DNA from: Heterodontus francisci
Lineage: Eukaryota
Reading direction: 5' to 3'
NCBI RefSeq assembly: GCF_036365525.1
Contig: NC_090418.1
Location: forward strand, 7,294,304-7,358,303
DNA length: 64,000 nt
The notes below the pieces were generated by a model. That model ran no database searches. It had not been told where the DNA came from and was given only the letters and a program-made list of their open reading frames with translations. This document shows, piece after piece, positions 37,701 through 50,766 of this stretch; positions within the stretch are counted from its first letter, which is position 1; the number at the start of each line of letters is the position of its first letter. The position numbers were made by a program, and so were the translations under genes.

Positions 37701-38405
37701 GCCCATTCGGTCCCTCGAGCCGGCTCCACCATTCAGTAAGATCATGGGTTGATCTGATCATGGCCTTAACTCACTTTCCTGCCTGCCCCCCCCATAACAC
37801 TTGACTCCCTTGTAGATCAACAATCACAGCCTTGAATATATTCAATGACCCAGCCTCTACTGCTCTAACTTGAAACTGTGCCCCCTCGTTCTAGATTGCC
37901 CCACGAGGGGAAACATCCTCTCAGCACCCACCCTGTCAAGCCCTGTCAGACTCTTACGCTTCGATAAGATCACCTCTCGTTCTTCTCAACTCAATGAGTA
38001 TAGGCCCAACCTGCTCAACCTTTCCTCAATAAGACAACTCTTTCATCCTGAGAGTTATAGGAGGGGATTTGATGCATAAATGCAGGGAAGCTGTTTTTAC
38101 TGCAGGAGCCAGGCAACCTGAAGACACAAATTTATGACAATTGGCAAAAGAACTGGGGTGGGGGGGGGGGGTTCGAGATGAGGGGAATTTTTTTTTACGC
38201 AGCGAGTTTTTGTGATCTGGAATGCACTGACTGAAAGGGCGGTGGAAGCAGATTCAAAAGGGGAATTGGATAAATACTTGAAGGAGGAAAAAAACTGCAG
38301 GGCTATCGGGAAAGAGCAAGGGGGGGCTCATTGGATAGCTCTTTCAAGGAGCCAGTATGGGTGGGATGGGCTGAATGGCCTCCTTCTGTTGCTTATGATT
38401 CAAGG
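37700..38405. mobile_element. Two CR1 3' fragments in opposite orientations
   Basis: Minus fragment about 37700-38050. Plus fragment reads WNALTERAVEADS. Confidence 0.7.
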
Positions 38406-38587
38406 ATAAATGCTGAGTGACAAGAGACGCTGGTGAATGAGCCCCAGTAACAGAGTTGAGGTGACTAAATAATTGGACACAGCTTCTACTCCAATCCTTT
38501 CTTAACTCTTCAATGATTAATCTCGATGGATTGAGCCTTGAGCCAGGACAATACAGAATAGTTGTTTGGTAGTACAGAACTTGAGAA

Positions 38588-39398
38588 TTGCTGAAAACAG
38601 AAACACTTTGTCGAAACTTTTTGTCTTGCACTCATCAGGACAATTCACTGGAATACCAATGTAAGGGAAAGCAACAAAGTTATACTGTACGAGAAGAGAG
38701 TGCTGATTTGTTGGCAAGTGGGCTCTGATTGGTAGAGACGTTGCCATGGGGAATGTACAAGTTTATGGTGACTGACAGTTAACTGCCAAGCTTGTTTGAA
38801 ATTTAAACCATGCAGCTGACCCTTCCATTGCTCGCAACAGGCAAGGTACAGGCCGTACCCAACCAGACCGTGCTTGCAAAATGCAAAACGACAGTGTCCA
38901 ACATTAGATGTGATCCCGCGAATGGACATTTGCTAAATAATCCTCAGTGTGCTCAGAATCACGCTGACAACCAACTGAAGATTGTCAGTCGGACTTGCAG
39001 TGTGGCGCATTTGCGCGTACTGGAAGTTACACATATTAATACGCAGGGCCCTGTTCTTTTCAGACAGAAACAACATGTACACACATTGCGCCTGTTTCAG
39101 CTGAACAAAATAAGTGGCAGCCAATCGCTGGTTCATTCCTCAGAGCAATGCCTTGACCAATCAAAGTCAAGCTGCCTGGTTTAAACGTCAAACAAGCTTG
39201 GCAGTTAACTGTCAGTCACCATAAACCGCTGCATTCTCCATGGCAACGCCTCTACCAATCAGAGTTCACTTGCCAACCAATCAGCACTCTCTTCTCATAC
39301 AGTGTAAATTTGTTGCTTTCCCTTACATTGGTATTCTTGCGAATTGTCCTGATGAGTGTAGGATGAAAAGCTGCAACAAAATGTTTCTGTTTTCAGCA
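38588..39398 (+). mobile_element. Penelope-like element 3' end with inverted pLTR copies
   Basis: About 220-bp inverted repeats (38588-38810 and 39175-39398) flank GHLLNNPQCA...LKIVSR...LRVLE.THI...PVLFRQK, resembling a GIY-YIG C-terminus. Confidence 0.75.
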
Positions 39399-39789
39399 TT
39401 ACACAATCGAGAATCTCAGAGTGATGGTGCGCTGTTAATAACACACAACAATCATTTGATATCAGTTTACATCCACTGAGGAAATCTCAGACAATGAAGA
39501 ACTGGTAGGTAGCATCACGGTTGAAACTCCTCTTGTTCTCCTCCCCTGGAATTCCTGGGGTTCAGGTGCATTTGGCCTTGTTGGTTTATAGCCGTGACCA
39601 AATGGTCCAGCCTAGGCATGATGGGTTGAATAGCCTCCTTCTGTGCTTTGTCATTCCCTGGTTCTATAAAAACGTAGGATTTAACAGGACAAAACTTGTT
39701 TCAGGATTATTTTAATGAAATCCAGTCCAGCTTCAAACCAAATGGTACCAAATGGCCTACAGTCCAGAGTCACATCAAAACAAAAAAAA

Positions 39790-40225
39790 AGGGCCTGCAT
39801 TTATATAGTGCCTTTCAGAACATCCCAAAGTGCTTCACAGCAAATTAAATACTTTAGAAGTGTAGTCTCCATTGCAATGTAGGAAACGTGCCAGCCAATT
39901 TGTGCACAGCAAGCTCCCACACACAGCAATGTGATAATGACCAGATAAGCTGTTTATTTTTTCTTCAACAATGTTGATTGAGGAATAAACATTGGCCCGG
40001 GACGTCTACCCCACTCTTCCATCCAAATAGTGGCCATGGGATCTTCGCCATCCACCTGAGAGGGTAGGCAGGGCCTTAGTCTAGCATCGCATCCAAAAGT
40101 CAGCACCTCTGACAGTGCTGCACGCCCACAGACATCCAAGGTTTTGTACTGAACTCCCTGGAATAGGGTGTGAGCCCACAGCCTTCTGACTCAGAGACAA
40201 GTTTGCGATCCACTGGGCCACAGCT
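39790..40225 (-). mobile_element. Deu-type SINE
   Basis: GCACAGCAAGCTCCCAC and CCACCTGAGAGGG core. Confidence 0.65.
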
Positions 40226-40586
40226 GGAGGGGACTTTAGAGATGAGCGAGGAAAGCACAATGAGCACTGACTATAATGTCGTTGATAAAATAAAATGAGA
40301 ACTAAGCATGTGAGAGAGACAGAGAGAGAAAGGTTGGAGGAGGATCGGAAGAGAAGCGTTTCCTTAATGCTTCCCCAGAAGATAGAGACAGTTTGAAGAG
40401 ACTTCTCAGATTTGGAAGCAGTCTTCAAGTCTTCGATGGACTGATCTGCTTAAGAGTTGAGAATTCCTCCTAATGATATATTGCGTTGCTCCACTCCCTC
40501 GCTCCGAAGACCTTTAACACTCAACTGAGCTCCTCGCTTGGTTCTACGTTAATTCCTAACAAAATAAACTCAAAGCAAATGATAAT

Positions 40587-41290
40587 TACGAACATACGAA
40601 TTAGGAGCAGGAGCAGGCCACTCGGCCCCTCAAACCTGCTCTGCCATTCAACAAGATCGCGGCTGATCTGATTGCAACCTCAACTCCACATTCCCACCTA
40701 CCCCCGATAACCTTTCACCCCCTCGCTTATCAAGAATCTATCTACCTCTGCCTTAAAAATATTCAAAGACTCTGCTTCCACTGCCTTTTGAGGAAGAGAA
40801 TTCCAAAGACTCACGACCCTCTGATAGAAAAAATTTCTCCTCATCTCTGTCTTAAATGGGCGACCCCTTATTTTTAAACAGTGACCCCTCATTCTAGATT
40901 CTCCCACAAAGGGAAACATCCTTTCCACATCCACCCTGTCAAGACCCCTCAGAATCTTATATGTTTCAATCAAGTCGCCTCTTACTCTTCTAAACTCCAG
41001 CGGATACAAGCCTAGCCTGACCAACCCTTCCTCATAAGACAACCCGCACATTCCAAGTATTAGTCTAGTAAACCTTCTCTGAACTGCTTTCAATGCATTT
41101 ACATCCTTCCTTGAATAAGGAGACCATTACTGTACACAGCACTCCAGATGTGGTCTCACCAATGTCCCGTATAACTGAAGCATAATCTCCCTACTTTTGT
41201 ATTCAATTGCAATAAATGATAACATTCTATGAGCTTTCCTAATTACATACTGTACCTGCGTACGAACCTTTTGCGATTCATGCACTAGGA
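40587..41290 (-). mobile_element. CR1 LINE 3' fragment, same subfamily as 7075-9005
   Basis: 131-aa ORF nearly identical to 8425-8910. Confidence 0.92.
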
Positions 41291-41979
41291 ATAATTATGG
41301 ATGAGCGAGGCCATTCAGCCCATCTGAACTCATTCCATCCAGAGAGGCACTGATCTGGAACATGCTGCCTGTAGGGGCGGTGGAAGTAGGTTCAATAGTA
41401 ACTTTCAAAAGGGATAAATACTGGAAGATTTTAAAAAATGGCAGGGCAGTGGGGAAAGATCAAGGGGGTGGGATTATTTAGATCACTCTTCCAAAGAGCC
41501 ATCACAGGCACGATGGGTTGAAAGGCCTCCTTCCCTCCTGTGACTTTCGATGATTCTATTAGCCCCCACAATCCCACCCTGTCATTATCGCCTCCAAATA
41601 GCCCATCAATGATTGCAGGATTTTGGACTGACCTACTCTATCTAGCAATTCATTCCAAATATTGGATCATTCTTTGTGTGAAGACCTTCCTCAGATCAGT
41701 TCCAAATTTGCCTCTCACCAACCTGGACCCGTGCTCCCCTGTTCTACTCTGGCAATTTCCTGTGAGGTGTCATGTAGCTACCAGGAAGGCAGAGAGGGGA
41801 TCTAGATGACTCTTGGGTCTCTTTTCCAATTCTATCCAGAAATTTCCGAAGTAATTTTCTGGATGAAATCGTTTCCTGCCCATTGCGATCTACGTCCCTC
41901 GATAAGGTCATCTCCCTCCAGAGCCTCAAAGCCCAAGACTCCCCAGTCTTTCCTCATCCGACCCCTAACACTGGGGATT

Positions 41980-42350
41980 CACCTTTTAAAATCCTCATCC
42001 TGGTTTCTCAAATCCCTCCAGGGTCTTGTCCTCCCTCCCTCTCTCTGTAACCTCCTCCACAACCCTCCGAGATCTCTGCCCTCCTCTAATTCCGGCCTCT
42101 TGAGCATCCCCCGATTTCCATCGCTCCACCATTGGCGGCCGTGCCTTCAGCTGCCCGGGGCCCCGAGCTCTGGAATTCCCTCCCTAAACCTCTCCGCCTC
42201 TCTCTCTCTCCTCCTTAAAACCTACCTCTTTGACCGAGCTTTCGGTCACCTGTCCTAATATCTCCTCACGTGGCTTGGTGTCAGATTTTTGTTTGTGAAG
42301 CGCCTTGGGACATTTAGGGTGCGGTAGAAATGTAGATTGCTGTTGTTGCC
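41980..42350 (+). mobile_element. L2/CR1-group LINE 3' fragment (relatives at about 19600-19940, 29830-30140 and 44800-45180)
   Basis: HNPPRSLPSSNSGLL peptide and the shared AACCCTCCGAGATCTCTGC motif. Confidence 0.65.
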
Positions 42351-43099
42351 ATGTACTGCAAAAATTATCTTGAGGAACCAGCTGAAGTTATAGTCAGCTG
42401 CAAGATTTGTGGTTTCGGAGATGCCTTATTTTGCATTGTAATTTATTTGACTCACAACAGTGTCTTTTTCTGAGTGTCTGCTTATACAGGTCTCACTGTC
42501 CTTTATATTCCTGCACTAATTTCATCTGTTATTAATTTACAGCCCCCAACATTGTTCTGTGAGCCACATACTATAGTTCCTGGGCTACCCCCCTTCGATT
42601 CCGCTGCCCCCCTTTTGAGTTTTGTACCATTCACAAGTACTATACTTAAGACTTCCCTCTGTGATGTGAGGCAATGCATAACCCACTTAACAAGTGACAG
42701 GAAGCCTGAGGTTTCGAAGCTTGACGTATCGATCACAAGCTAAGCCCTCTCTACAGAGAAAAAGCTCAAGTCTGGGACACTGTCTGTGAGTTATTTAGAA
42801 ACAGTGACCATGGATAACGGAAAGGACACGGGGATGAAGCAAGCCAGCACTTAACAGGAGCTCTTTAAATACCATATGACATTGTCACGATTATTAGTGT
42901 CAGAATTAATGGTGTCAACCAGTCAGTTGCCCATTGAACAAATGAACATACAAATTAGGAGCAGAGCGAGGCCATTCAGCCCCTCGAGCCTGCTCCGCCA
43001 ATCAATGACATCATAGCTGATCAATTTGTGTCTCAAATTCCACACTCCCATCTACTCCCAACAACCTTTGATTTTCTTGCCTAACAAGAATATATCTAA

Positions 43100-43945
43100 T
43101 ATAAAAGCAAAATACTGCGGATGCTGGAAATCTGAAACAAAAACAAGAAATGCTGGATTCACTCAGCAGGTCTGGCAGCATCTGTGGAAAGAGAAGCAGA
43201 GTTAACGTTTCGGGTCAGCGACCCTTCTTTGGAACTGACAAATATTAGAAAAGTCACAGATTATAAACAAATGAGGTGGGGGTTGGGCAAGAGATAACAA
43301 AGGAGAAGGTGCAGATTGGACCAGGCCACATAGCTGACCAAAAGGTCACGGAGCAAAGGCAAACAATATGTTAATGGTGTGTTGAAAGACAAAGCATTAG
43401 TACAGATTAGGTGTGAATATACTGAATATTGAACAGCAGCAAGTGCAAACCTGAAGAAAAACAACCTGAAAAAAACAGTGGGTAAGCAAACTGAACAAAC
43501 TAAGATGAAGTGAAATAAATGCAAAAAAAGGATTGTAAAAAATGTAAAAAGGAATGTAAAAGAAAAAGGAAGAAAAAATAACAAAAAATGACTAAAAATG
43601 AAAGTAAAGTGGGGGGCTGTCATGCTCTGAAATTATTGAACTCAATGTTCAGTCCGGCAGGCTGTAGTGTGCCTAATCGGTAGATGAGATGCTGTTCCTC
43701 GAGCTTGCGTTGATGTTCAGTGGAACACTGCAGCAATCCCAGGACAGAGATGTGAGCATGAGAGCAGGGGGGGAGTGTTGAAATGGCAAGCAACCGGAAG
43801 CTCAGGGTCCTGCTTGCGGACTGAGCGGAGATGTTCCGCAAAGCGGTCACCCAGTCTGCGCTTGGTCTCCCCAATGTAGAGGAGACCACACTGCGAGCAG
43901 CGAATACAGTATACTACATTGAAAGAAGTACAAGTAAATCGCTGC
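43100..43945 (-). mobile_element. Penelope-like element 3' end
   Basis: HISVLGLLQC...RKLEEQHLIYRLGTLQPAGLNIEF (GIY-YIG C-terminus) followed by the pLTR. Confidence 0.85.
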
Positions 43946-45230
43946 CTTAAAAATATTTAATGACCCCGCCTCCACCACCTTCTGAAGCAGAGAGTTCCAA
44001 AGTCGCACAACCCTCTGAGAGAAAAAATTTCTCCTCATCTCAGTCCTAAATGTCCGACCCCTAATTTTAAAACCGTTCCCCCTAGTTCTGGACTCACCCA
44101 CAAGAGGAAACATTCTTTCCACATCCACCTTGTCAGTGAGGGGACACACTGAGAGGAGATATTTTCCAGAGTGAAGTTGGAAATTTGCTGCACGTGGTAA
44201 ATTCTCATAAGCTTTTTTCAAGCTTAAATTTTAGATTAAGAATCCGGCTTTAAAATCTCCTGGTTGGGTAAATAGCCTTGTTAAACAAGAAGCAGCCAGC
44301 AGTGACAGTTATCTGTCAATCAGCTGAAAGTAGTTTGGTTCAATAGGTGCTAATTATTGTAGCAGAAAGCTGAGCTAGTGAGTCATCAGAATCTCTATAC
44401 AAAGATAGCTCCAAGAATGTGCGTGAATTGCCCAGGTTACTCAACCCAATTTAAACTATTATCAAATCGTGTTTGAGCAAAGTCTGGGTGCATACAGAGA
44501 GAGGCTAGGTGGAGACAGATAGGGTTTGGGCTGAAACGGGCAGAGACTGGGCAAAGACAGGCAGGTGGACACTCAGGGGGACTGGGTGGGATATTAAAGC
44601 ATGTGGAAGGGGCAGGAGACAGAGATTCGACTGGGTCGTTCACATGGAGGGAAACAGCAGCACGGACTTGATGGCACAAATAGCCTGACTCTGTACTCAG
44701 CCATTAGGGGAGATGGTGGTGTAGTGGTAATGTTACTGCATTAGTAATTTAGAGGCCCAGGTTAATGCCCTGGGGACACAGGTTCTGACCGACACTGGAT
44801 CCCAGTTGAGCCACATCTTAAATTTAAAAATTCTCATGCTGATGTTCAAATCCCTCCATGTCTTCTCCCCTCCCTATCTCTGTAACCTCCTCCAGCTCCA
44901 CAACCCTCCGAGATCTCTGCGCTCCTCCAATTCTGGCCTCTTGCACATCCCCGATTTTAATTGCTGCACGGCTGGCTGTCGTGCGTTGAGTTTCCTGGGC
45001 ACTAAGCTCTGGGATTCTCTCCCTGACCCTCTCCGCCTCTCACTTCTCCTTTAAGATGCTGCTCTTTGAACAATTTTTTGGTCGTGTCTCCTGTAAGACT
45101 TATATGGTAAGGTGTACAATTTTGTTGATAATTGCTCCTGTAAAGCACTACATAAAGGCACTACATAAATGCAAGATGTTGTGATACATACAGCAGCCTC
45201 AGTGCGCTGCCCCAGGAAACCTCCCGACAC

Positions 45231-45330
45231 CAGATGTGTGATGAGTATTTTAAGGAAGTAAATGTGGTTTACAACTGCCACTGCAGGAGCAGTTATATTG
45301 TGGTCAGATGTGGACAGGGAAACATAAAGA
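45231..45330 (+). promoter_or_regulatory. Candidate proximal promoter of the three-V receptor
   Basis: ETS AGGAAGT 45253-45259, RUNX TGTGGTT 45263-45269 and TGTGGTC 45299-45305, E-boxes CAGATG at 45231 and 45305. All lie within 145 nt of the ATG. Confidence 0.5.
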
Positions 45331-45371
45331 ATTCTCACCCAAGTAAAGGCAACATAAATCAGCCTTTGTCC

Positions 45372-45435
45372 ATGATGCTGAAAGCCCTCAATCCTCTCTG
45401 TACCTGGACATGCTGCATTACTCTACTTGCTACAG
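45372..45435 (+). CDS. Leader exon of the three-V inhibitory receptor, MMLKALNPLCTWTCCITLLAT
   Basis: 64 nt, strong donor CAG|GTAAGG, phase 1. In frame with all three V exons. Confidence 0.8.
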
Positions 45436-47020
45436 GTAAGGTGGGTTCGGCCGTGATCCCTACTGCTATTTAAAATTCTCCATTTGCACCGTCTAGAGAG
45501 CCAGCCTGTGAACAGCGGTGATTCAAGATTCAGGAGATTAACTCAGGAGAGTTTAGAAACCTTCCTGGTGATCAGAATAGTCTATAGGGATGTGGGTCTC
45601 AAAGGGGCACAGTGATCGTCAGAAACTGGTGGGGAGTGAGCACAGAGAAGGGAGCAAGAGAAAGAGATAGGGGAAGAGAATGAGAGGGAAGGAGAGAGGG
45701 AACGCAGAGAAAGAGAGAGGAAGGAGGAAAGGGAAAGAAGGGAGACAGTGAAAGAGAGTAGAGAACAAAAGAGAAAGACAGTGAAAGAGAGAAGAGACAG
45801 CCAACGACAGAGAAGAGAGAGAGAAACAGACCAATTGGGAACAAGACAGAAAGAGGAAAGTGAGAGAGAGAGACACACACACAAATGAAAGAGCAAGTTC
45901 CCTCAATGACAGCACAGAGAACAGTTTGTTATCTTTAGGGCTGTCACTGAGTTGCTTTGTAGAATAGAACAGAGCTTCCATTTGGATGGTAAAGGTTTCT
46001 TCGGAGAAGGGCTGGGTAGCAATCTATGGAAGGAATGCACTTGGCCTGACGTACAGTCTGGGCTGAGTGTTTCCAACTCTTGAATAGGTTCTTGTTAACA
46101 CTTAATAATTACAGGGCAAGGAGCAAGCCACTTCTGTGGTAGTGTTCCTGTCTGTGCATCGGAAGGCAACAAGTTTGAGCCCTAGTCCAGACAATACTGG
46201 AAGATGAAGACTAGAATAGAGTCCCTGAAACTCAATGGGTGCGGATCTACTGATTGGTTGCCTTGTGACATTTTCCATCATATGTCATAGAATCTGTATA
46301 AAGACACAATGTTGCTGCTACTGTGTTTCATATGCCCTGCATTTTTGCTTCTGTATATAATTGAAGTGTAAATAAATTTAATTAGTTTTACTTAACCTGT
46401 ATGGTTATGCTATTCCTCATCATTGAACAACAAAATTTTGTATTTATGAAGCATCTCTAACAGAATAAAACATCCCAAGGCGCTTCACAGGAGCGTTATG
46501 AAACAAGATATGACATCAAGCTACATAAGGAGATATTAGGTCAAATAGTCAAAAGCTTGGTCAAAGAGGTAGGTTTTAAGGACTGTCTGAAGAAGGCACA
46601 GGCACCAATGGTGGAGCAATTAAAATCCCAGCGAGGAGGAGAGGGTGGTTCACTGGATTGTGCTCAGAGACTAATAATCTGGCTCATTTTACTCGTTGAA
46701 GGATTAAGAACTCTGAGCATAATTGTCATCTCAGTGCCCCTCCCACTCTCCCCAGTGCCTGCCCTCTCTGCCCTCCTGCATTTCCTGAGATTGGGTTACT
46801 CGGTACCAAACGGCCCTAATCTGGAAGCCTCTGGTTTGCATGTCTCAGTATCACACAAGGTTATTGGTTCTCCTCTGGTATTTGATTAGTCAGTGGTGGT
46901 AATATCTCCCAGAGCCGTTAACAGTTCTTAACTCCAGATCAGTGTTCACTCATGTTAGTTAAGTCAGTTCCACATTCTTTGACCTGGCACTTTAATGAGT
47001 CTTGTGTCCCTTTTATCCAG

Positions 47021-47389
47021 CATTGGGAGGGATGAAAAGCAAGGTCTCCCAGTCCCCGTCCTCTCTCTGGGTAACAGAAGGCGAGGCCGTCAATCTGATC
47101 TGCACCTTACAGACAGCAATCACAGACACGAAGGAACTCAGCTTCTGCTGGACCTGGGATCGTACTGAGGTCATCTGTCCTGCAGAAGTCAATTTTTCTG
47201 AATCATCGCCGTGTGATAGTCCTGATCCAAGAGTCTTCATCATCGCTCATTTAGCAAATAAATCCTCCGTCCTAACCATCACCCGAACATATCTAAACTA
47301 TAGTGGCATCTACAGGTGTCAGGTCACGATTTTGAATCCCATCCCGATTGAGACATTTCATAGCAATGGCTCTGTTGTGTTGGTACAAG
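47021..47389 (+). CDS. V-set Ig exon V1 (CD28/CTLA4/PD-1-family-like)
   Basis: 369 nt, phase 1-1, acceptor cccttttatccAG, donor GTGGGT. VSQSPSSL...LIC...WTW...VIC...SPC...SGIYRC QVTILNPIPIETFHSNGS gives canonical Cys plus a second Cys pair. Confidence 0.92.
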
Positions 47390-47939
47390 GTGGGTACTGT
47401 TTAAGTTATATCTCCATTCTTTATCTTGCTTTTCAAAATAAAATGTCACTTTTTATTCAGTACTAAACTGTATCTGCCACATATCTGCCCATTTTCCCCA
47501 TGTCTGTTCATGTCCTCTGGTTGTTTCTTCCTGATAGTTTGCAAGTTGTGTTTAAGGCCCAACTACTGCCTGGCTTCAGGTGGTGGGAGGGGTCTGGGAG
47601 GGGGGAGGTTGGTGGTTAGGGGAGGGAGATGGTTTAGGGAGCTGTCCCATCCACTCCCAGCTACCTGCACCACTTCAGACAGAAGAGAAGGAGAAGGTTC
47701 CCTCATTGGCAAGATAGAGTACAGTTTTATATAGTATTCACAGCAGAGAAACAGGCCATTCGGCCCAGCAGGTCCATGCTGGTGTTTATGCTCAACACCA
47801 ACATCTTGCCACCCGTCTCCATCTTAGTCCATCAGCATTTCCTTCTTTTTCTTTCTCCCTCATGTGTTTATCCAGCTTCTCCTTAAATGTATTTACACTA
47901 TTCACCTCAACCACTCCTTGTGGTAGCCAAAGTCAGTGG

Positions 47940-48660
47940 TGATCCCGTCTCCATCTGACCTGGGAAACCGGACCGCATTTTACAGTCCCCAGGCCTTTCA
48001 TTGGTCTGATGCGGGACTTCCATCTCATTGAGGAAGGATGTCCCACCAAATGGAGCTGCCGGCCAATCAGCGGCCGGCAGCTCTTAATCCCAGCAATTCC
48101 ACCGGGAATGGTGGCCACTGCTGGGACAGCAACCCAGCATCAACAAGAAAAGGAAGGTCGCCATGGGAAAAGGTGAGCTTTTGGGGCCTCGTCGGGGATA
48201 ATCGGTTGGGCCCTGGGGAGGCAAGGGTGGTTGATTGGGGAAACGGGGGGCATGTTGGGTGCTGAGGGTGGTTGGGGCATTAGGAGAGGCCCTCTGTCAT
48301 GCACAGGGTGCCTGACTAGGTGCCCCCCCCCACCACCACACCACCCCCAGGCCGTCAGAAAGCTGCCTGCTTTTGTCAGGCGGCTTTTCTCAGGCCTGGC
48401 CACCCAACCGGCCAAGGGTAAAATCTGCAATGTGGCGGGCGGAGACCCTTAAGTGGCTGTTAACCGGCCACTTAAGAGCCGTGATTGGCCTTGGGCAGCA
48501 GGCCATTTTGTGCTGCTGCAGCCCCGCAGAAATTGCGGTGGAGGCGGGAGCGGATTGGGAAGGGCCTTCTGAGCCTCCTATTCCATTTTACGCACGCCCT
48601 CCCCCCCATCCCCCCGCCACCAAACCGCTCTTTGGGGAGGGCGGAATTTCCGGCCATAAT
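47940..48660. mobile_element. GC-rich non-autonomous DNA-transposon-like (MITE) remnant
   Basis: Resembles 14060-14465 (CCTTAAGT...GGCGGGAA.ATTC.GCC end). Class is uncertain. Confidence 0.3.
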
Positions 48661-48940
48661 CTTAAAGACCTCGATCAAGCTCACCCTCAGCCTTCTCGTT
48701 TCCAGAGGAACCAGCCTCGGCCTATTCAATATTTCCTGATAGGTGTAACCCAGAGTCCGCTGGAAGCTGGGTTTATATTCTGTGGGACCCCACCATAGTG
48801 ACTCTTCCCTTCTCCGTGGCTCCGGAATTTTTTGTGCGGGATTGAATTGCCTTCTTCAAAATTGTTTGAATGTTTGTTCATTCTGAAATGCTGGCTACCC
48901 CCAGTAACCATTCCCTGAGTCTTGTGTCCCTTTTATCCAG

Positions 48941-49306
48941 CGCCCGGACAGATGGTAAGCAACGTCTCCCAGTCCCCCTCCTCTCTCTCGGTAGCAGAAG
49001 GAGAAGCCGTCACTCTGAACTGCACCTTACGGACAGCAGCCATAGACCCAGAAGTGCTCAACTTCACCTGGACCTGGGAGAGGACTGAGGCGTCCTGCCA
49101 TGTAGAGGCCAGTGTTTCTGAATCGCTGCAGTGTCATGCCCCTGATCCGAGAGTCTCCATCACAGCTCATTTACCAACGAAATCTTCAGTCTTAAGGATC
49201 AGCCAATCAGCTCTGAAGGACAGTGGTACCTATCAGTGTCACGTTATGATCCTCAAACCTCTGCTCGGGAAATTTCATGGCAATGTCTCTGTGGTGCTGG
49301 TACAGG
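48941..49306 (+). CDS. V-set Ig exon V2
   Basis: 366 nt, phase 1-1, same acceptor as V1, donor GTAGGT. LNC...WTW...SC...QC...DSGTYQC, open frame. Confidence 0.92.
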
Positions 49307-49764
49307 GTAGGTACCCCGTCAGGTATATCTTCATTCTTTATTGTCTTTCTAAAAATGTATTGGCACATTTTTCTGCATTAAACTGTAGCTGCCACTTATC
49401 TGCCCATTTCTTGCATGCCTTTTTAATATCCTCTTCCTGATTGTTTGCAAGTTAGATTTTCGATCCAGCTACTGCCCGATTTCAGGTTGCAATGTGGTTG
49501 TGAGGTTGGGGGTGTCAGGGTGTCAGGTTGAGGGAGGGCACTTAGAGGAGGAAGATGGTTTAGAACGCTATCCCACCCACTCTCAGCCAACTGCCCCACT
49601 TCTAGATGAAGAGAAAGAGAAAGTGCAGTCCGTGAAAGTTGGATATATGTCGGGCTATCACTGAGTCTCTTGGTTGATTTTGGGAAAGGCTGGAGAGTAA
49701 CCAGTAGAGGAATGGGTTTGACTTGACTGAAGGCCTATTCAGATTGCTGCCAACTCTCTGTTTT

Positions 49765-50428
49765 ATTCTTTCATAGGATGTGGGCGTCGCTGGTAAGACC
49801 AGCATTTGTTGCCCATTCCTAATTGCCCTTGAGAAGGTGGTGGCAAGCTGCATTCTTGAATGGCTGCAGTTCGTATGGTGTAGGTACTCCCACAGTGCTG
49901 TTCAGGAGGGAATTCCAGGAGTTTCACCCAGCAACAGGGAAGGAACGGTGATATAGTTCCAAGTCAGGATGGTGTGTGACTTGGAGGGGAACATGAAGGT
50001 GGTGGTGTTCCCATGCATCTGCTGCCCTTGTCCTTCTAGTTGGTAGAGGTCGCAGGTTTGGAAGGTGCTGTCGAAGGAGCCTTGATGTGTTGCTGCAGTG
50101 CATCTTGTAGATGTTACACACTGCTGCCACTGTGCGTCGGTGGTGGAGGGAGTGAATGTTTGTGGATCGGGTGCCAATCAAGCGGGCTGCTTTGTCCTGG
50201 ACGGTGTCGAGCTTCTTGAGTGTTGTTGGAGCTGCACCCATCCAGGCAAGTGGAGAGTATTCCATCACATTCCTGACTTGTGCCTTGTAGATGGTGGACA
50301 GGCTTTGGGGAGTCAGGAGGTGAGTTACTCGCCGCAGGATTCCCAGCCTCTGACCTGCTCTTGTAGCCACAGTATTTATATGGCTGGTCCAGTTCAGTTT
50401 CTGGTCAATGGTAACCCCCAGGATGTTG
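49765..50428 (-). mobile_element. CR1-superfamily LINE 3' fragment between V2 and V3
   Basis: 148-aa ORF nearly identical to the ORF at 20940. Confidence 0.9.
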
Positions 50429-50766
50429 AACTCTTGAACTGGTGGTTGTTATTGCTCAATTCATTGCTGGACAGGGAGTGAGCCTTCAGTCCAGTGGTGG
50501 GTGTGGACCCAATGGTGTCCCCACAACCCCCACCATCCTCCTAAAGTGTAGTTGGTGCTCTTTAGCATTGTTTGCAGCCCCTCTGAATATAAACCTGTGA
50601 GGAGGCAGTGGAATCCCAACATAGTGACTCTTCCCTTCGCTGTGACTCAGGAAGCTTACGTTTGAGACTGATTTTCCCTCTTCATTGTTGTTTGAATGTT
50701 TGTTCATTCTGAAGTGGTGGCTACCCCCAGTAACCATTCCCTGAGTCTTGTGTCCCTTTTATCCAG

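Noticed and set aside
40330-40512. Possible minus-strand terminal exon
   Set aside because: Weak acceptor, only short frames, no recognisable motif or partner exons.
45582-45981. Hydrophobic Leu/Ser/Phe-rich ORFs on the minus strand
   Set aside because: Translations of a GA-rich low-complexity tract in intron 1 of the receptor.
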